A stretch of 57,177 nucleotides of DNA, counting the filler, from Sphacelaria rigidula (lineage: Eukaryota): assembly GCA_964200075.2 (NCBI GenBank). It is 8 parts of 8 records of this genome, joined end to end, with 100 filler letters (N's around TTAATTAATTAA, not from the genome) between each part and the next. Parts side by side here need not be neighbours in the genome. Positions count along the whole stretch, not along the records: positions 7,162 to 14,221 come from CAXNAA020016696.1; positions 14,322 to 21,381 come from CAXNAA020016697.1; positions 21,482 to 28,541 come from CAXNAA020016698.1; 5 more parts are not named here. One strand, given 5' to 3'. The position numbers were made by a program, and so were the translations under genes. Under the pieces are notes generated by a model. That model saw only the letters and a program-made list of their open reading frames with translations, was not told the DNA's origin and did not search any database. Shown piece after piece: positions 12,861 to 23,350 of the stretch (positions are counted from its first letter, which is position 1; the number at the start of each line of letters is the position of its first letter).

Positions 12861-14609
12861 CAGTGTTACGCCGGGGGTTCGTGTCACGTTTCCCACCACC
12901 CCCAAAATGAAGACGTGACGGAGTCTAAGAAGTGTACAGGTTATATAGGGAGTAAAGCAATACACGCCTGTAGTATGTACCTGAAGCTACCTTCTTATCC
13001 CAGTCCGGCTCGATTCCACCTCGTACAGCTCACAAACCAGCGATGGATATCCGTAATAAAAATACCGCTTTTTTGTACAAGGGAGAAAGCCATTTTCCAA
13101 CATATCCGTCTTTCACGCGACAGAAGATTACTCACCACTGACGGACGTCACGAAGGCGAAACTCTACAGGCAGATACTACTAGGCATTAGCCGTCGTTCA
13201 AGCCTTGGCAGACTTCAATTGAGTGTCGAAACAGTGCAATATCTAAAGTAGATTATCTTCACTTCACCCTAACTTCCAATTCTGTGACAAGGGTGTCGAC
13301 CGCCAAGAAATGGAGGGCTGGTAGGTACGCGTTTTTTCTACACAGAGAAATTCGATTTGTGTCGATAGCTGCCGTGTGCGTCGAGATATTGCCATCTCGG
13401 TGGCGGGTGTTACAACATGTGAGGTGCGGCGTGAAAACCCATCGGGTCACATCTGACATTCACATTGAGCAGGTAGTAATTGCGCCGCGTCCATTTGGTT
13501 TACAGCGTGGGGAATATCTCTTCCCGCAAGCATGCATGCAACAATTAACATTGCCCGCCAGTGGAAAAGATGTTCCAGACATGTGCTCGTCATTATCGCT
13601 GGGGCGGCGCATGAAGCGTGCCTACGAGATCGCCGCGCAAGGTATAAACGCACACTTGATTGATTGATTGATTATCTCACATTAGCTGGTTGCTACAATC
13701 CGGCCCGTGGTCAGGAGCAGCAAAAATAGAACATAATATTAAAAATAAAGAAGAAAGAAAGGACCAGAAAAAGACAGGAGCGACGGCCTCAGAAAGGAAA
13801 GAAAGGGGGCAGCGATGACAACAAAAAAGTACCTCCACCACCACCAAGCAACAAGGACAACAACAAAATAACGACGAACAAACACATACACAAACACAAG
13901 CACGAGCAACACAAAAAGATAATGATCGCGCATCACGTGGCTGATTGCAACACTCCAGCTGGTGATCAGAGAAAAAAAAGGAGAAAAATGAAAAAAAAAA
14001 CGAAAGAAAAAAAAACTCACGGTCTGCATATTCCTTGTGTCTATAATGATGAGCAAGCGGCAGTATAATGCACGAGCACAGTGTGCGTGCAGCCTAAGGC
14101 ACAAGCTTGGCAGACGAGTATACAACCGTCGGCTGTTATTACTCGTAAATACCGTATACCGCTATACGTCAGATAAGAGGCAATAACAGCCGACGGTTGT
14201 ATACTCGTCTGCCAAGCTTGTNNNNNNNNNNNNNNNNNNNNNNNNNNNNNNNNNNNNNNNNNNNNTTAATTAATTAANNNNNNNNNNNNNNNNNNNNNNN
14301 NNNNNNNNNNNNNNNNNNNNNCCCCATGCCCCCCCCGTCATCTCCTCATGTTTTCCCTGCGCAATATATGCCATGCCGAAAGAATTCGAGCTCTCACGAA
14401 TAACTCCTGAATGGAACAGCTGGGTCCGAGGACATGAAGTGGCACGTCATGAAGTCACCACAAAAACACTCCTTGCTCCCCGCTTACTCGGCAAACCGAC
14501 GCGGGCCCCGTCCTGCAACACTTTATTTCATCACTGCTGTCAAGGTGGCCCTTCTGTTGAATGATGAGATGATCGGCCTCGCATAATATCCTCGTAGTAC
14601 TTTCCGACT

Positions 14610-17316
14610 TCACACTCTCGCCTTGTCGGCATCGGGAACCACGAGGGCGTTGAGCTTCTCCCGCAGCGAGCTAATGCGGTCAGGGTCCCCCTGTTTCATC
14701 TGCGTGTGGTGTGCCGGCCGCCATGTACAGACAAAAAAACAAGCAAAAAGGATCAACAAAATAGGGGTGGGGAGTGGGGTGTGGGCGGACCGTTGTATCA
14801 ACAGGGGAGGGAAGAGAATACAACGGAAAAGAAATGGCGTCTAGTAGCATGTACACATGTACAATAGAGGCAACAGCCAAAAAAAAAAGACACCGCAGAC
14901 AAGGAACGTGAAACAACATGCGGAGAGAAGGGAAGGGAAAGAGAAGGACGCACCTCATCACTCGATGCTTCAAGCAGAGCCAAAGCAACGTAAAAACACC
15001 AATGCAATGAAACATTTGTGATGGACGAAGCGAAGAGCAGCGTTAGGGAGGCAAGCAGGCGCCTCTGTCGCTCTGAGTGCAACTTGCTGACATTCTTCGA
15101 CGCCACAATTTACACAAACGATTCAGCTCGAAGCCATCAACCACCACGACCCAATTGCTTCGAATCGGCACAACGTACGCAACGGGGGAAATGCGCGAAA
15201 TGAAACACAGGGAACACGAGACGCCGTAGGTTAAGGGCGGGGAGACCGACAACACCAGTAACAGCGTCATCCTCCACACACACACATGATACGTTCATGA
15301 TACGTGACCATGCACAGTGCAGCGCGTCAATCGAACAGAAGGAACACCCGCCCCACCTTCCTACTTCCCCGACAGAAAAAGAGACAGAGCAAAGCAGCAC
15401 TACAACCACGAGAAACAAAAAGTAGAGAACCAATGATGGAACAGATCAACACGTTCAAATCGCTCACCGCATTCTCCAACTGCTGGCGTATGCGCGAAAC
15501 CTCAAACTGAGCGTCCATCTCATCTGCCGGCGACTTTCTCGTCCTAGCATCCGCCAGCCTCGTGAGCGTCGGATATAACTCTGGCACATCCCCCGCATCG
15601 AACGTCATCGCCGAGTCCCCTATTCCCCCCCCAGGTGCCAACAGCTCCTTCCTCACGTATATCCTCGTCGCCGGATATCGCAGCGCCAATCCGAAGGTCT
15701 CAAACGGGCTCCGGGACTCTGCATCCTTTGTCACCGTGACTCGCGGCCGCGAAGTAGCAACAACCTCCCCAGCCCCGCCCACCCCTTCCGCCGCCGCCGC
15801 GCCAACATCTGGTACTCCCTCGCCTATTCCCGCCCCTACAGCCGACGCCTCCCCACCAACTACCCCACCAGCCCCATTTATAGCACCTCCGGCCACTAGT
15901 GACACAGGAGGCCCCGACGGCGCACCGTTCTGCTCCGCGAGATTGCTTTGGTCTCCGGCAGCGGCAGATGCGGCGACCGTGCCCACCGAGCTCTCGTCAT
16001 CGTAGGCCGCTGTCCCCGTCGCCGCCGTATCACCGCTTGCGTAGACTTGAGTCGGTGTTGCGTCGGTCGGTGCGGTGTAGGGAAACGAGGTCGGCGAGGA
16101 GGGCGCGGAGGTATCGCCGTCGCGCCGCGGGATCTTGGCGGTGAGGGTGGCGGAGAAGGGCACTGCGTCAACCACGCACACGGTGGACAGGGTTATGCCG
16201 CTGTTCATGGGGTACGACATGAGGCTGCCCAGGGCGTCGCTCTTCAAGTGCCGCGCCACGTCAATGCCCTGCGTTTTTGAGTGTTGGGTGGAACGGACGA
16301 AACGAACGACGACAGCAGTGGATGACGGAACGGTGCATCAATACACGCTCAACAGACACGATCTCAGCGTGCATGCCCAACTGAATAGCGCCACACCAAC
16401 AGCGACGACAACCAGCCAAAACATTTTGCCATCCGTGTACGCCACGGTGTCCTGTTGTTCTCTCTTCACACATGACAGTACAGTACAGCATGATAGATAT
16501 GGAAATCACATCTCTCCGAGAGTGAATTCTTCGCGCACAGCACCTGCATCAGCTGCTGCAGCGTCCTGGCCTCTGAAGTTTCAGCATCCTCCACGTCAAG
16601 CCCCCCAGACATGGGGTCATCAGGTGTCATAATGAGTCTCAAGCCGCGCCCAGAAGATTTGCTGGTCATGACGGCAACAAAGCCCTCATTACTAACGGTC
16701 ATGCCCTGCAAAAACATAAGAACGGCGGACAAAAAAAAAAAAACGAGATATCGAGACTCAAAACACGCTCATCGCATGTACAGAGAGGAATGAAAAGATT
16801 CCTCCAGAATCAAGAAAAGACCTCATGCAGATCTAGACGGCTTTCGTGTCGCCTAATAGTATAAGTGCCGAAAATGTAGAGCGACAACAGTACCCGTATC
16901 AGTGGTGTGAAGCAACGAGACAATAGGTGATGATGGCGTCAACAGCTGAAAAAACGGCAAAACACGGACAGCCCATCGTCGCAAGCACGGCGCAAACTCC
17001 AATAGCACGAGCAGTGTTATTGAAGCCAAGAGAGCGAGCAACAAAAATGGGCGTCTCGCAAATATGAAATCAGTACAACCCGCACATATGCCACAGCCAA
17101 AACCTGGAAAATAAACAAAAAAAGTCACACATGCCACCACCACGAACGCGTCGACCAACCACGACAAACTCAAATATCAAATACCACCCCCCCTCTAATA
17201 CGCGAGAAATAGTCACCAACATGAACATGAACATACCAGCAGCTCGAAAGCCACACGCAACTAAAGAGGCCTTTCAAGTTCTGTATGGCTTTCGAGGCCA
17301 CACACACACACTCACA

Positions 17317-17393
<77 letters not shown>

Positions 17394-17601
17394 CCGCAGC
17401 AACATACCAGCAGCTCGACTTCCTCAAAGCTGTGCTTATATTGCGACTCCTCCTCCTCCTCCTCCTCCTCCTCCCCATCAATTCGTTCCACACCGCCATC
17501 TGGAGTGTCCAACTCGTCGTCGTACACAGCGGGCGTTTTGGTCCGCAGGGGATCGGGGTCCGCCCCTTCCCCGCCTCCGTCTCTCAAACTTGCTGCTGTG
17601 C
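14610..17601 (-). CDS. Bifunctional nuclease (BFN/DUF151)-like protein with C-terminal UVR-like motif; N-terminus unresolved
   Basis: Exons 17601-17408, 16705-16544, 16268-15468 and 14699-14610 (GT-AG, in phase) give ...EEVELL|GMTVSNEGFVAVM...GLRLIMTPDD...SEARTLQQLMQ|GIDVARHL...PFSATL...SPFETFGLALRYPATRIYVRKELL...RQQLENA|MKQGDPDRISSLREKLNAL. The gene structure is solid; the family call rests on motif resemblance (ALR....IYV...L; L..A...D......LR..L). Confidence 0.6.
17299..17392 (+). repeat. (CA)n microsatellite, tail of a short insert flanked by an 18-bp direct repeat
   Basis: About 45 CA units. AACATACCAGCAGCTCGA occurs at 17230-17247 and 17401-17418. Confidence 0.95.
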
Positions 17602-18229
17602 CTGCTTTGACCGACGCAGAATACGTACAGCATAAAAAATAGAGATACCGGGATTAATGATGATTGTCTGGTCTTCTTTCTCCCTGTTGACGAAATATCA
17701 AAAAAACAGCGCAAGTTGTACAACCACCGGATGCGCAGTTGTGCGCGCATCGCACCGAGTTTCTATATCTTGCAATCAACTGACCAAAACATAGCTTAAA
17801 AAATGATACATCAAAACACAATTCGTAAAACGAGCAAAGCCAAGCAAAGCCAAGCAACGTACAAACGTTCCCTGGACTACGCCGAGACGCGTAATCCTTA
17901 CTTTATATTTTAGGGCTTTGTGTACCGACTTTCGGGGGTCTTCAGTGAGGACTCCCGGAAGCCGGTAGCGAGCATAGAACTTTGAAATATCCTCAACGAT
18001 TCATGTTTTCCTTACAGGCATCAATGCGTACAGAACTGTCAACTTTCAAAGCTGTCGGAGCTCCCCGACGACAAATATAGGGAAGACCGTCGGGGGCCTT
18101 TCTGGATCTTCGGTGCATCGTATCATCAGTACAAAGCCGACGACGCCAAAACACCACAACACCGAAATACCACGGTTTTGGGGTATTAATTCGATCCCGT
18201 AGTAACCGGTTCCAAGTCTGCTTATTCCG

Positions 18230-18480
18230 TTAGGTTCCGGAGCTGATTGCGTTTACCAAGATGTGAAGCATATGGAAATTAGGTTGAAAATTTGCATTTC
18301 AAAACTTAGAACAGTTCCAAGACCAGTGATTGGTCAAGAAACATCTTGGACCTTTTTCCGCCCCTTGCGCCACCACTATGGTTTTCAACAAAGGTCCAGC
18401 TGTGCCTCTCTCTTCAGTTGGCCATGTCGGTTACCATGATACCATGCATGCGACTCTTGAGCAGGTATCGCGGACGACAT
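18230..18480 (+). repeat. Dispersed repeat, homologous to about 46180-46390
   Basis: Shared agaacagtt...tgattggtc.ag...accttttc.gccc.tt.gc.ccacc.ctatg...ctcttcag...ccatg.cggt.a.catgatac. Confidence 0.65.
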
Positions 18481-20488
18481 TTGTTGACTAGTGAAATTGG
18501 GTAGAAAGCGTAATCCAGCCTGTAGGTCGAAAGGATGCGTGTGCTAGATTCCCGGCAAAGGCGCTTGGGTTCAATCCCCTAAAAAGCATCTGATTTATGT
18601 CGGTAAAAAACCTGAAGATATGAAAAGAAAAAAAGACGACTTTATTTCGCAAGAGTTGATGCGGGGCTACCGTATGTATTACAAGTATCATTACATTACA
18701 GATGGAATCATCCAAGGCCAGGACGGCGAAGCTCTGTAGATTCAATAGTCACAGTAACGGTAACCGTGATAGAAATGATGCCCAGAGCACGTTCATCACG
18801 TCTCTGGAGCCATAATTCCAGTGCCCTACATAACACCAACAACAGTTTTTCCCCACGATCAATAGCTTGGCAGTTGTCTGCTCGTCAAGGGACTGAGTGT
18901 CTCTCCATTTCAAGGACTATCAACCTGTGTGGGCTCAGTCTGCACCAGTACAACAACGCGACACAACGCCCGCAGTAGTTACGAGCTGGGTCTCCCTAAA
19001 AATGAATCCGAGCATTGCAGGCGATTGTGTAGCTCGGATTTGAGAGTTGTGCTTTGAAATATGGTACGGAGAATCGGATGGGCTCAATACAAAACGGTCA
19101 GGTGGGCACATGCGACTCTCCGTACCAACTTTCAAAGCACTTCTCTATAGCTGCACAATCCAGGTTTAGTGCATTTAGTGCCATATCTTGAATTTAGTAT
19201 GGAACCTCACTTGCGCCACGTCTCTCGATAGATAGAATTAGGTCAAAGTGAGGGAATCGATCGTTCTCCCGTGCCCCAAAAAATATTCACACCAATAATC
19301 AGCCTCATCCACTGATGACGTCACGGGGTTCACTCGACATGGCGTTTACTCGACGAAACAGTATCTGACCCAGCTGTTGAGTAAATGGGCATCTGCCCCA
19401 TGCTTTCGTCTGCGTCGATGAAACATGACTGTGATGGCTTAAATTCCTTATAGGGCTGGCCTAGCTCGTAGTCTTCCGTGAGAGCATAGTACCTCAGTAA
19501 TAAATACTAATAAAATATGAATACAGTACTTTTTGGGGGTCTTCATGGAGTTATGACATTTTCTAGTTTTTGCTGAAATTCCTATTACAGCCGCTCCAAC
19601 TTTAAAACATTTTTCATATCCTCAGAAATGCTGTGCGTGATGATAGAAATGTTGTGTCAAATTTTCGTCTAATTTTTCAAATAAAGAAGCTCCGCATCAC
19701 CTGTAAAACCGAAATCAAGAAAAACTGCTGACTGACCCAGCTCGGAATAAGTGGATAATAACACAACATAGTGGTACATGGTGACGTCACGTGCCGGTGT
19801 TGTCCGTTCCGAACTCCACACCACAGGCTCACGGCTCACCCGCTACAGTAGTCACACCGTCGCCAGCGGTTCCGCCAGTGCTCTCCAGCTCTTGCGTGAA
19901 CTCTCGTCGGGCTCCGATGGTCCCCTCAGACAAACTTCCGTTCAGCTGGTCGTTAGCCATATGCTTGCCGTTGTTGGTGCCCCTTGCTTCTTGTTCCGCC
20001 GAGGATGATGGTACAGCTGATTGCTGCTGCTGCTGCTGCTGAGAGATGTCAGTGGTGTCTGCGGGTAAGTCGCTGGTGCCCTGCTAGGTTTTCGTTTTTC
20101 ATGTATTGGACGTGTATTGCAAGAGCGATCAAAGGGTAGATAATACGAATGTTGTTTCATGAGAGTTCCATTCGTCGTGTTTCGGATGTTTTAGAAATGG
20201 AGCGTTCAGTATGAAAGCGGTGTTTGCGTAGGCGTTTACGAATTCTGACAATGTGGGACGTACGTGCAGAAAAATAGTACGGTATCTGTCCTTGTTTCTC
20301 AGCTGCAGTGCCGCTGCCAGTAGAAAAGTTGGCCATCGCAGCTAGGTTGCCGCACACACGAGTACAGATACCATCACCAGCAACAAGTAGCATTCATCTA
20401 GCAGCGGCCGACTGGTGTATGCAGCACAAGTACGGAGAAGTAGGCACGAACTAGCACGCTTCGCAGAGGATCGATCGACATTTACAGC

Positions 20489-21381
20489 ATGTCCGGCATT
20501 GGCGGGGGCGCGGCTCAAGCAGGCGGAGATGAAAATCTGGCACCACACGTAGTCGGCATAGCTGGGGTGGGGGCCGATGGACTTCCCATAGACGGCAGCG
20601 GGAGCCAAGCAAACCAAGGCGGCGAGGGGGTGGCAGGGCATAACAACCCACACGCGGCAGCAGCAGCGGCAGTCGACCAACCTCAGGGCGTAGTGCAAGC
20701 ACCCGTCATGTCGCAGCAGGTGTTCCAGCAGCACATGCTGGCGGCATTGGCCCAGTTGACCAATCGCCTGCAGACGGTCGAGTATAACCAGCGGCCGCAG
20801 CCGCTACAACTGCCACACGCACCCCCACAGCAACCACCGCTGCAGATCGGGAACGGGTGGCAACAACCACCACAACCGCAGGTTTCAGCAGCTGGCGCAC
20901 AAGCGGCGGCACAACGGACCGCAGCTGAACAGGCGGGTATGAAAGCAAATGCCAAACGTGCCGTCGACTCGTGGCGGGCCACCACTGGGCCTGTGTTTTT
21001 TCTCCTGAGGGGGAGGCTTTGACGTGAGTGAAGATCTCACTTTCCACCTACAACAGCTCACGCTCAAGAAGGTGGCTCACGTTACGCACGCATCCGCTAA
21101 CCAGCTTCAAACCCTGGCCAGTTTCAAGACAATGGACTTAAAAGAACCGGTGCCACCAGGCTCGACCCCCATGGATATGCCGGCTGATGTGCATTTTCAC
21201 ACGTGTGTCGCGTCCCTGTTCACAGTTTTTCTCACCCCCATGGAGCACGTTCCCGAATTATGCCAGACACGCACGCGCGCCCTTCAGTCGGAGTTCGAAT
21301 CAGTAGCTAACCAAGTAAGGGAGTATACAGATTACCACTACACATCACTGTACCCACATAGAACGACGGTCCGCGACAAGC
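20489..21381 (+). pseudogene. Intronless, frameshifted ORF (Gln/Ala/Pro-rich N-terminus), possibly retroelement ORF1/gag-like; truncated by contig end
   Basis: ORF 20489-21022 and a second frame 21009-21381 join if one G is removed from the G-run at 21009-21013 (..LRGGFDVSEDLTFHLQQL..). No diagnostic domain recognised. Confidence 0.35.
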
Positions 21382-21481
21382 NNNNNNNNNNNNNNNNNNN
21401 NNNNNNNNNNNNNNNNNNNNNNNNNTTAATTAATTAANNNNNNNNNNNNNNNNNNNNNNNNNNNNNNNNNNNNNNNNNNNN

Positions 21482-21705
21482 ACCTTCCTTCTGCGGTGCT
21501 TGCCTTTCTTTTTCATCGCGAGGGGGGTTCAGCAGTCCCTTTCCCTCGTCGACCTTGAAGTCGGATTTTGTGTACCCACGACATGGTCGCTCTCCACTTT
21601 TGGGCATTTGTGTGAGAAAAAATCCCAGGTCGCTCCGAGATTCGAACCCACTACCCAACCGTCATAAGGTTTCAAGGTTTCCAACTGAGCCACCGGGGCG
21701 ACCGG
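21482..21705 (-). mobile_element. tRNA-derived SINE, 5' part (truncated by contig start)
   Basis: The minus strand begins CCGGTCGCCCCGGTGGCTCAGTTGG (A box)...GGGTTCGAATCTC (B box), followed by a body homologous to 33764-34000. Confidence 0.85.
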
Positions 21706-21877
21706 CAATGCAGTCGATTATCCAGGGTGTAATATATGTTGGCAGCAAAGACGTGAGGGGACACGTACGCAACAACCTTGGCATCATTGCATCATTGTCA
21801 TGTTGCACTTGAGAGGGGCGTTATTTCTTGGAATATTTTGCGGATTCGCGTCGCGTCGACCAGGTTTGATACTATTG

Positions 21878-23156
21878 GGCCGTTTCTCCCGGTTGGTTAT
21901 TTCCTCTCGTTATTTGCAAATAACGAGTGAAAATAACAAGATGGCTACTTGAGGTTTTTTATTTCACAAGACTCTCGGGAAAAAAATACGAGACGGGGGA
22001 TATTTTACGAGATGGACGCTCCTGGCTTGTTATTTAAAAAAAAATACGAGACGAGATAGACTTGTATTTTTCCCTCGTTTTTCATTGGCGGCGCGGCGAG
22101 ATTAGCAACGCCCGCCAGCCCTGGATATGTTTGTGCCCCTCGACATCTGCGGGGCTCTCCTGATAGCATAGTCGAACATCCCCAGCGCCGTTTACACACC
22201 AGACCAAACTTTGCTTCGCCATCCCGGCGCACGCGAGACGTCGTAAGGGGCTGATGATCTATTGGCGACGATCGTTCTCTCGAAAACCTGCAGCGCAGAC
22301 AGTACCCAGCGCAGAGATGACATGATACTGCTGTCTGTGCTGTCTCATGCAGTGAGTTGTAGGTGTCAGCTTGCACACAACAGTAGTACGCACGGCTGTA
22401 GTAAAAAGGATGCGTACAGCGTGAGATATGTGGACAACGCGCAACACAGACAAAAGCAGGCAGTACTGTAATGTCTGTACTGCCGATTGAACAGTAGGAT
22501 CCACATGCCATGCTGCACCCGACGGCTGCCGAAAATTATTTGGGCGACGTGCAGTGCAGACAGTACGTGGGTTATACTGCCGCATCCAACAGTACAGTAG
22601 GATGGAAATGTTGAATGTTAGTTTGCCAATAGTACAACGGCTCTACTAATGATGATGTGGGCAACGTGCAGTACAGACAAAGCTAGGCAGTACAATACTG
22701 CCTGTTCTGCCTGCCGCATACGGCAGTATACATGCGCACATGTCAGGTTGGAGACGGTAATATACAACGGCTGCACTAGAATTGATGTGGAGGAGTGCAG
22801 TACTGACAGTATTGGACAGTACAGTACTTTAGTCCGTACTGCCGCGTACGTGATATGGCAGTATAGATTGAAGATGGCAGGTTGCACACAGTGCGAGCTG
22901 GGCCAGCAGCGATCGGGGGAGGTCTACGTTTCAGGTCTTTTTACCTAAACACAGGAAGCCTCGGCCTGCACATCCCCTCGGTTTCCGCTGACCGTTCTTT
23001 TGGTATCCCCCACCCTTTTGGTACCCACCCTCCCAAAAAATATATATCTGCAACCGTAAGCTAGGGAACATCTCTCATAGTATTTTCCTAGCGGTATTTT
23101 TTCCTCATAATATGTTGCGAAATACGAGGGGAAATAACCAACCGGAAGAAACGGCC
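21878..23156. mobile_element. Non-autonomous TIR DNA transposon (PIF/Harbinger-like), ~1.28 kb
   Basis: ~33-bp TIRs GGCCGTTTCTCCCGGTTGGTTATTTCCTCTCGT / ACGAGGGGAAATAACCAACCGGAAGAAACGGCC. Flanks TTG/TTA resemble a 3-bp TTA TSD. No ORF; internal degenerate CAGTAC-rich tandem repeats at 22300-22870. Confidence 0.65.
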
Positions 23157-23350
23157 TTATACACAGGTATCTCACCGAATTCAAATATATATTTCACATA
23201 TCCACGCCAGTCGTAATGGTGAAGATCCCCAGAAGTTCGGTCGTATTTTTCAATACGCACAAGATCACCCCTCGCCTCCTTTCCCCTCCTTCCCCCCCGC
23301 ATCTGCACGCTATTACGTTGTGTCGAAACGCACGTGCTAATCTGGGGCAG

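Noticed and set aside
19305-19385. Hammerhead-ribozyme-like CTGATGA...GAAAC
   Set aside because: The stem II closing pair is C-C and no stem I partner follows the candidate cleavage triplet.
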